DNA of 63,697 nt from Verrucomicrobiota bacterium (GTDB lineage: Bacteria; Verrucomicrobiota; Lentisphaeria; Lentisphaerales; Lentisphaeraceae): assembly GCA_039798785.1 (NCBI GenBank), contig JBDKFG010000023.1:1-63697 (forward strand), in the 5' to 3' direction. A program made the translations under genes and the position numbers. This document shows, piece by piece, positions 57,492-63,697 of the stretch (the stretch's first letter is position 1; the number at the start of each line of letters is the position of its first letter). The notes beneath the pieces are model-generated. The model saw only the letters and a list, made by a program, of their open reading frames with translations, did no database searches and was not told where the DNA came from.

Positions 57492-58544
57492 ATGAGCAAG
57501 AAGAAAATCAAAAGCGGCTTTCCGGTGCTGATCGGACTGGGCGGTGAAAGTGCTGCGGTGATCGCGTTTCAACGCTTGGAAATGTCGGTGCTGAAACGGC
57601 ATCTGGCGGCAGCAGGGGTCAAGAAGCTGAACTTTACGGCGGAGGAGCGCAGGCAATTGAGCGACTCGGCAGCGGCTATGAGCCCGCAGGCGCGGAAGCA
57701 GGCGATGAACATCGTCAGGCCGGAGACGCTGAGGCGGTGGAACAAGGCGCAGGAAGGCAAGCCAGCGCCTGGGGGCAGGCGCGCTCCCAGGAAAGAAGCG
57801 GCGGCGGAGAAGGATGCACTGGTGCTGCAATTGGTGCGGGGGAATCCGAGCTGGGGACGCAAGCGCATCGCGGCGCAATTGCGGCTGGCGGGAGTGAACA
57901 TCTGTGCGAGTCGGGTGCGGCAGATTTTGAAGAAGCATGGCATCAAACCGGGTCCGAGAGGCGGTCCGTGGAAGGAGTTTTTGGAAGCTCAGGCGGAAGT
58001 CTGGCAGAGCGACTTCTTCGAGGTGACGACGGGCTTGCTGGGGAAGATCGCCTTGGCGGTGCTGTTCTTCATCAACATCAGGACGAGGCAGATGGTGATC
58101 GCCGGGGTGACGCAGCATCCCACTCAGGAATGGCTGGTGACGGCGGCGAAGCACTTGGTCGCCGGGCCGCTCAAGGGCGCTTCGTGTATCGTCCGGGACG
58201 GCGACAAGAAGTTCACGACGGCCTACGATCAGGTTTTCACGGACAAGGGAATCCTGGTGCAGAAGACGAGGCCGCGAACGCCGGACATGAATGCTTTCGC
58301 GGAACGAATGGTCAGGACCTTCAAGGAGGAATGCACCAGTCGGCTGGTCTTCCTCAACCAGCGGCAGGTCGAATACGCCTTGAGTCAGTTTCTGGCGCAC
58401 TACCACGCGGAGCGCTGCCACCAGGGTTTTCCGGAGAATGTTCCGCCTGCGGTCGACCCGGTCTTCCATCGTCGCAAAGGCCGGATGGTCGTGAAGAAAC
58501 GCCTCCGAGGTCTGCTGAAGTCGTATCATCGGCTCGCCTCCTGA
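57492..58544 (+). CDS. Integrase-core (rve) DDE transposase
   Basis: IVRPETLRRW, NPSWGRKRI, SDFF, RDGDKKF, NAFAERMVRTFKEEC. Confidence 0.85.
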   Translation: MSKKKIKSGFPVLIGLGGESAAVIAFQRLEMSVLKRHLAAAGVKKLNFTAEERRQLSDSAAAMSPQARKQAMNIVRPETLRRWNKAQEGKPAPGGRRAPRKEAAAEKDALVLQLVRGNPSWGRKRIAAQLRLAGVNICASRVRQILKKHGIKPGPRGGPWKEFLEAQAEVWQSDFFEVTTGLLGKIALAVLFFINIRTRQMVIAGVTQHPTQEWLVTAAKHLVAGPLKGASCIVRDGDKKFTTAYDQVFTDKGILVQKTRPRTPDMNAFAERMVRTFKEECTSRLVFLNQRQVEYALSQFLAHYHAERCHQGFPENVPPAVDPVFHRRKGRMVVKKRLRGLLKSYHRLAS

Positions 58545-58730
58545 GAGTTTTCGGGCTTGGTTTTGAACGGGTTTCGTGCGAGACTCGGCGCTAGTTCACG
58601 CCCGGATTCGTGCGGGTTTTATGGGTTTTGCGGGTCCCGCGAGGGCGGGGCGCTCGGGGATGCCGAAAAACCGGCTGGATTTTGTTCGTGGTTCGAGAGT
58701 AAACCGGTATGACACTTCGTGCTTGAGCCT

Positions 58731-58780
58731 GATTGCGGGCTTGTGACACCTACGCCGATTGCGGGATTGTGACACCTACG
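58731..58780 (+). repeat. 24-bp direct repeat pair
   Basis: GATTGCGGG(C/A)TTGTGACACCTACG at 58731-58754 and 58757-58780. Confidence 0.75.
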
Positions 58781-58847
58781 AGGCTGCGGGTCAGGGCTTA
58801 GATTTTCCAATTCAGGAGTTTGATGAGTCTATGACCAATAAATCGCC

Positions 58848-59243
58848 TTAATCAAATTCATGTTTTTCACACGAAACGATTTCCATTTTTGCACAGGACA
58901 CAAATAGTTCATTGTTGATATTTATATTAATTTTATTAATTTCCTTCATTATCGCATCAATGGAAATTTCCTTGAAATCATTATCTCCACAGTAATACAA
59001 CAATGAAACTCCTGAAAACTTAATATTTAATTTAGTTGGATGACATAAATTGAAATCGTCGCTTTCATTAGTCATGCAAAGCGCGATCAAGTTTAGTTCC
59101 CCTTGGAAGTTAAACATATAATGCCAGATGTCACAGATCCCCTCAAAGGGCAAGTGATGCCCCCATAAATCATTAACTTTGTGCGCCCCTTCACATGTAT
59201 TTAATGCATCTATGAATCTTATGATTTTATTCATGATTTTCAT
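58848..59243 (-). CDS. Putative orphan immunity protein
   Basis: AT-rich, AAGGA RBS, second gene downstream of RHS. Confidence 0.55.
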   Translation of the reverse strand: MKIMNKIIRFIDALNTCEGAHKVNDLWGHHLPFEGICDIWHYMFNFQGELNLIALCMTNESDDFNLCHPTKLNIKFSGVSLLYYCGDNDFKEISIDAIMKEINKINININNELFVSCAKMEIVSCEKHEFD

Positions 59244-59296
59244 CCTTTTTTCTACTGATGGAGTTGCCCGATTGCGAGCTAATTACACCAATGGCT

Positions 59297-59728
59297 TTAT
59301 GAATTAGTAATTTCAATTAAATCATAAAAGTTTATTATTCCAGTGAGAGGAAAGCACCCCATATTACTTTCAATTAGTGCGTTTTTGGCTTTTACTCGAA
59401 AAACTTGCCAATAGACGCCATTTTCAAACTCTTCATACGTATATGTTTCTAAGTTTTCTTTTTCCGAAATGAAGTCAATAAAGTTCTGGCTATCTAAACC
59501 TGGACTAATCTCATCAAACCAACCGCTGTAATATTCAATTAAAGAGGCGACTAGATGTCTTAATGGATTTCTTGAGGCATAGCTTAAAACTTCATGAGCT
59601 CTTGGTATTTTATCAATATATTTAACCTGCTCTTCGAATGGCAAACTCGAAAATGTTAAGAGCATCCAGAAAATCATTCCAGACTCCTGTCTATCAACTC
59701 CACTTTCGTAAACAGTATGATCATTCAT
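59297..59728 (-). CDS. Putative cognate immunity protein of the RHS toxin
   Basis: AT-rich, acidic, starts 2 nt after the RHS stop. Confidence 0.65.
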   Translation of the reverse strand: MNDHTVYESGVDRQESGMIFWMLLTFSSLPFEEQVKYIDKIPRAHEVLSYASRNPLRHLVASLIEYYSGWFDEISPGLDSQNFIDFISEKENLETYTYEEFENGVYWQVFRVKAKNALIESNMGCFPLTGIINFYDLIEITNS

Positions 59729-59730
59729 GA

Positions 59731-62700
59731 TTATTGATTCCATTTTCTGATGTGATAATGAAAGCTTCCATCAGCCCAAACTGAGACTTCATTTGGCTTG
59801 ACTCCATTTACTCCGCCATGACCTGTCGGGTTACTGGGAGACCCCACTGTAAATGGTCCGCCACCATGCGCGCCATGGAAATCCATACGAATTAACTGTC
59901 TATTAATTCCCATTTTTACTCCAAGTCCAAATAGCTGTCCACTTGCATCAGCATTTGCAGCACCAAATATCAAGTTAATTGGAATTTTTGATTTTGACAA
60001 CTTCACAGATGTATTCGTTTTAATTTCACGCTGTGGAATTCCAGCAATTGGCAATGGCATGTATATCAAAAACGCGCTTAATTTATCGCCCTTAGCTGCT
60101 GAAGATTCAAATCCTGAAGACCAATTACCAATTCCAGTACTGATGGCTTTGGGAAGGTTTTCGGCAAACGACTCAAGCGCTTCTTTGAAATCTACATTAG
60201 GAGAGCCTGTAGATGTTAATGAACTAGTTAAATCAGGTAATTGAGCTCCTTCTATGGCTCCAATTACTTGTTGAACCCCTGAAATAATATCAATTAATGA
60301 GCTCACTTTGTCATAGGCATTCATTAAGAACTTTATGCGTCCACCTATTTGCATTAGGCCAGACTTGAGAGTTTGAACAGCGGTCATCTCTGTGAGAGTT
60401 TCCATCCCACTCGGATCTCTTCCATTGATTGGATCACCCCCACAATACAAATACTTATGCAGTGTGATCGGCTCCCCGCTTCTTCCCTCAAAAGTATCCA
60501 TGGTCCAGAATCTACCCAAATCTGGCTGATACCACCTTGCCCGCAGGTAGTACATGCCCAGATCAGCATCGTAGAATTCCGAGCAATATCTGTGGTGTAG
60601 GTCTAAGATGCCCGAAGACTCGCGGAGAATGCCGAAGGCGTCATAGGTGAATTCACCCGAGATCGATCCGTTGAGATCGCTCAAGGCTCGGGTCGAGCCA
60701 TGACCATCTTGGTGCGCAAAACGCAAAACCGAGCTTGCGGTACTGCCAGTCCACGAAACTTCTTCTTCGGCAAAGAGCTGCAAGCCGAAGTAGGCGCGGT
60801 GAACGACGCTGAGTTGTCCGCCGATTTGTTGCAATTCCTCGACACACTGGGCGTAGCCCGTGGGATTCTGAACATCCAGGAGATACGCGGTTTCGAGACC
60901 TGCGACAGTCTTCGCCACGCGCTGACCTTCCGAGTCGTAGTAGAGGTCGATGATTCTGCCGCCCACCGTGCGGCGAATCAGGCGGTTTTCAAAGTCGTAG
61001 ACATCGGTCCCTGAACTGGAGCTCAAGGTGTTGCCGTTGGCATCATAAGAATCACCCACAAGGCGGTCATTGGCATCGTAGGAGGCCGCTTGGACCGACA
61101 CGCCGTCCAGGGTGGAGCCGCGTTGAGTCCGGTTGCCGACGGCATCGAGAGTGTAATTGGCTCGACCGCCGCCGACTTCAGACTCTTCGATCAATCGATG
61201 AAGGTCGTCGTAGCTGTAATTGAAGATTCGGCTGCCTTCGATGGCTTGGGTGCGGCGTCCGCAAAGATTGACGGTGTAGGCGAAGCTGAGGTTGTTGATC
61301 GAGGCATTCATGCCGCTGAGACGATTGCGAAGGTCGTAGGCGAAGCTCTGGGTGATCGCTCCGTGCTTCTGCGAGGCGAGGTTGCCCACCGCGTCATACG
61401 AGTAAGCAGAGGACCGATTGACGCCTGAAGCATCTTTAGCGGTCACGCCAGCGAGACGCCCGGCAGAATCGTAGGAGTAGCTGTTGTCCAGTCCGGACAA
61501 ATTGTCTGACTTGGCGCTCAACAGTTTGCCTACCGCGTCGTGGGTGTAGCTGATGAGACCTTCGTCAGTGCCACGGGAAACGAGGCGGCCGGAGGCGTCG
61601 AATGCCTGGGTGGTTTCGTGCAAGAGGCTCGTGCCGTGCCAGACGCGACCTTTGATCAGGCGTCCGGCGTAGTCGCGCTCGTAAGTGATCTTGGAAGCGG
61701 CGTGCGACAAATTCAAAGACGGGTGATTGGCATCGGCGGTCTTCTCGATCAAGGCACCGCCCGCTTCGTATTTGAAGCTGGTGGTCTTGCCGCTGAAGTC
61801 ACGACGGGAAGTCATGCGGCCAAGGAGGTCATAGTTGGCGATTTCGCTCATGCCGAGGGGTAGGGAGCGGCTGACGCGCCGTCCGGAGAGGTCATAGCCG
61901 AAGCTGGTTTCGTGGTTATTGGCGTCGATCTGTTTGGTCATCAAGCCGCGTGAATCGTACTCAAAGCGGGTCAGGCCGTTCATCGCGTCCTTGACGCTGG
62001 CCAAATTGCCGGAGCTGTCGTAGGCAAATTCGGTCCGTTTGCCCATCTCGTCAATCTTGGCGGTCTGACGCCCGATCGCATCGTATTCGAAGCGAACCTG
62101 GCTGTCGTCGGCAAAAGTCTGATTCAGAAGGCGTCCGTTGTCGTCGTGAACGAAGCTGGTTTTTTTACCCAGGGCATCGGTCATTTCGACGCGGCGTCCG
62201 GAAATGTCGTAGCCATAACGCAGAGTGGTGGCGGGTGTGCGCACTTCGATTTGGCGTCCGGCACCGGATGAGGGGTCATAAACATATTCCGTGCGAAGGC
62301 CCGTGGGATCAATCACGGCGACGCTGCGGCCCAAGACATCATACTCGGTCCGGGTCTGGCCGCCGGTGGGCGAAATGCTCTTGACCAGGCGTCCGAGAGA
62401 GTCGTACTCGTTGCGGGTGATAAAGGTTTGGCTGCCGCTGCTGAGGGTTTCCGTGATCACTCGCCCCTCGAGGTCATACTCCCGGCTGCTGACCGTGCCA
62501 CGAACATCGGTCTGCTTGAAGGCGCGGCCTTGCGCGTCGTATTCGGTCAAAGCCTCATGGCCAAGCGGGTCAATGGTCTTGACCAGTTGGCCAGCTTGGT
62601 TGTACTCATTCTGGCTGGCGCCGCCATCGGGGGCGATCGAAGTTAGCATTCTTCCTTCTGCATCGTAGGTAAAGGAACTGATGGCGGTTCCGGTCTGAAC

Positions 62701-63697
62701 GCCATCGACCAGAACGGCGACGCGGCTTTCTAATCTCCTCCCCAAGGCATCGACGCTGTGCGTGGTCTTGGCCAGAAGTTTGCCGCTGGCATCGAGACGA
62801 CGCTCTTCAATCTCGCGTCCGTAGTCATCATAATCGGTCTCGCTGCGATTGCCGAGGGGGTCGATGACGGCGCTGATGTTGCCGGCGTTGTCGTATTGGT
62901 AACGGGTGATCTGGCCGTCGGCGGAGATCAGTTGGGTCAGGTGGCCGAGGGAGTCGTAGCTGAAGTTCATGGTGCGGCCGGCGGCGTCGGTGATGGCGAG
63001 AGGACGGCCGGCGCTGTCGTAAGAGGTCGATTGCACCGCTTCGGCGACGCTGCCATCCGCGAGGGTGACGTAGCTGCTTTCGCTCAGGGGGTTCTTCTGG
63101 GCGTCGAAAGTGCGGCGGGTGATGTGGCCGAGGGCGTCGGTGGTCTTGATCTCGTTGTCCTCGTCGTCGTATTCACGCAGGGTGACATTGCCGAGGGGAT
63201 CGATGGTTTTGGTGACGTTGCCGGCGTAGTCGTATTCGTGGACGGTGACATTGCCGAGGCGGTCGGTGACGCTTTCGCGACGCTGCGGCAGGTCGTGGCA
63301 GAAGCTCATCGCGTTGCCGTCGGCATCGCTTTGGCCGACGAGGCGGCCCTCGGGCGAGTAGGCGTTGCTCATCACCTTGAGGCCGCGGGGGTCGGTGATG
63401 CCGGAGAGGTAGTGAGGGAAGCCGGGGACCTGATAGTCGAAGCTGGTGGTGGCGCCCACGCGGTCGTTGACCGAGATCAGGCGACCTTGGGCGTCGTAAT
63501 CGTAATCGACGCTGTTGCCGGCGGGATCGGTGAGGCTGCTGACGCGTCCGGCGGCATCGCGGTCGACGCGGATTTCGGGGCCGCTGGAGTGGCGGACGCC
63601 GATGATGCGCTGCTGCGCGTCGCGCAAGACGCTGAGGCTCTGGCCGTCGGGGGTGTTCTGGCTCAGGAGGCCGAGTTTTTCATCGACGATGAAGCTG
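59731..63697 (-). CDS. RHS/YD-repeat polymorphic toxin (5'-truncated by the window edge)
   Basis: Many YD repeats, YYLRARWYQP..GRF core, DPINGRDPSG cleavage motif, AT-rich C-terminal tip; frame open to the window end. Confidence 0.93.
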   Translation of the reverse strand, partial: SFIVDEKLGLLSQNTPDGQSLSVLRDAQQRIIGVRHSSGPEIRVDRDAAGRVSSLTDPAGNSVDYDYDAQGRLISVNDRVGATTSFDYQVPGFPHYLSGITDPRGLKVMSNAYSPEGRLVGQSDADGNAMSFCHDLPQRRESVTDRLGNVTVHEYDYAGNVTKTIDPLGNVTLREYDDEDNEIKTTDALGHITRRTFDAQKNPLSESSYVTLADGSVAEAVQSTSYDSAGRPLAITDAAGRTMNFSYDSLGHLTQLISADGQITRYQYDNAGNISAVIDPLGNRSETDYDDYGREIEERRLDASGKLLAKTTHSVDALGRRLESRVAVLVDGVQTGTAISSFTYDAEGRMLTSIAPDGGASQNEYNQAGQLVKTIDPLGHEALTEYDAQGRAFKQTDVRGTVSSREYDLEGRVITETLSSGSQTFITRNEYDSLGRLVKSISPTGGQTRTEYDVLGRSVAVIDPTGLRTEYVYDPSSGAGRQIEVRTPATTLRYGYDISGRRVEMTDALGKKTSFVHDDNGRLLNQTFADDSQVRFEYDAIGRQTAKIDEMGKRTEFAYDSSGNLASVKDAMNGLTRFEYDSRGLMTKQIDANNHETSFGYDLSGRRVSRSLPLGMSEIANYDLLGRMTSRRDFSGKTTSFKYEAGGALIEKTADANHPSLNLSHAASKITYERDYAGRLIKGRVWHGTSLLHETTQAFDASGRLVSRGTDEGLISYTHDAVGKLLSAKSDNLSGLDNSYSYDSAGRLAGVTAKDASGVNRSSAYSYDAVGNLASQKHGAITQSFAYDLRNRLSGMNASINNLSFAYTVNLCGRRTQAIEGSRIFNYSYDDLHRLIEESEVGGGRANYTLDAVGNRTQRGSTLDGVSVQAASYDANDRLVGDSYDANGNTLSSSSGTDVYDFENRLIRRTVGGRIIDLYYDSEGQRVAKTVAGLETAYLLDVQNPTGYAQCVEELQQIGGQLSVVHRAYFGLQLFAEEEVSWTGSTASSVLRFAHQDGHGSTRALSDLNGSISGEFTYDAFGILRESSGILDLHHRYCSEFYDADLGMYYLRARWYQPDLGRFWTMDTFEGRSGEPITLHKYLYCGGDPINGRDPSGMETLTEMTAVQTLKSGLMQIGGRIKFLMNAYDKVSSLIDIISGVQQVIGAIEGAQLPDLTSSLTSTGSPNVDFKEALESFAENLPKAISTGIGNWSSGFESSAAKGDKLSAFLIYMPLPIAGIPQREIKTNTSVKLSKSKIPINLIFGAANADASGQLFGLGVKMGINRQLIRMDFHGAHGGGPFTVGSPSNPTGHGGVNGVKPNEVSVWADGSFHYHIRKWNQ

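Overview
High-GC bacterial DNA in three parts. (1) 1-11.2 kb holds host genes. A YtrA/GntR-ABC operon is interrupted by a REP-RAYT element whose repeats are translated in frame. It is followed by a GldA/GldF-G/DUF4340-type ABC cluster, two envelope proteins and fabG. (2) A ~41.8 kb prophage is integrated in tRNA-Gly(TCC), with a 48-bp att duplication at 11280-11327 and 53017-53064. It has podovirus-type (epsilon15/BPP-1/T7-like) morphogenesis genes in a rearranged, divergent layout and two tyrosine recombinases. It also carries AT-rich morons, a type I R-M system with an inserted gene, and a ~2855-aa polyvalent ejection protein with JAB/RadC, GP88-like Cys and zincin domains. (3) A second element sits in tandem at the same att site (integrase, Xis-like gene, paralogous second recombinase, rve transposase), followed by two immunity-like genes and a 5'-truncated RHS toxin. 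The most striking signal is two out-of-frame genes nested in linkers of the giant ejection gene. Each has its own -10 box and RBS, and together they bracket the JAB/GP88-like effector block. All family assignments come from motif recognition by eye, not from database searches.
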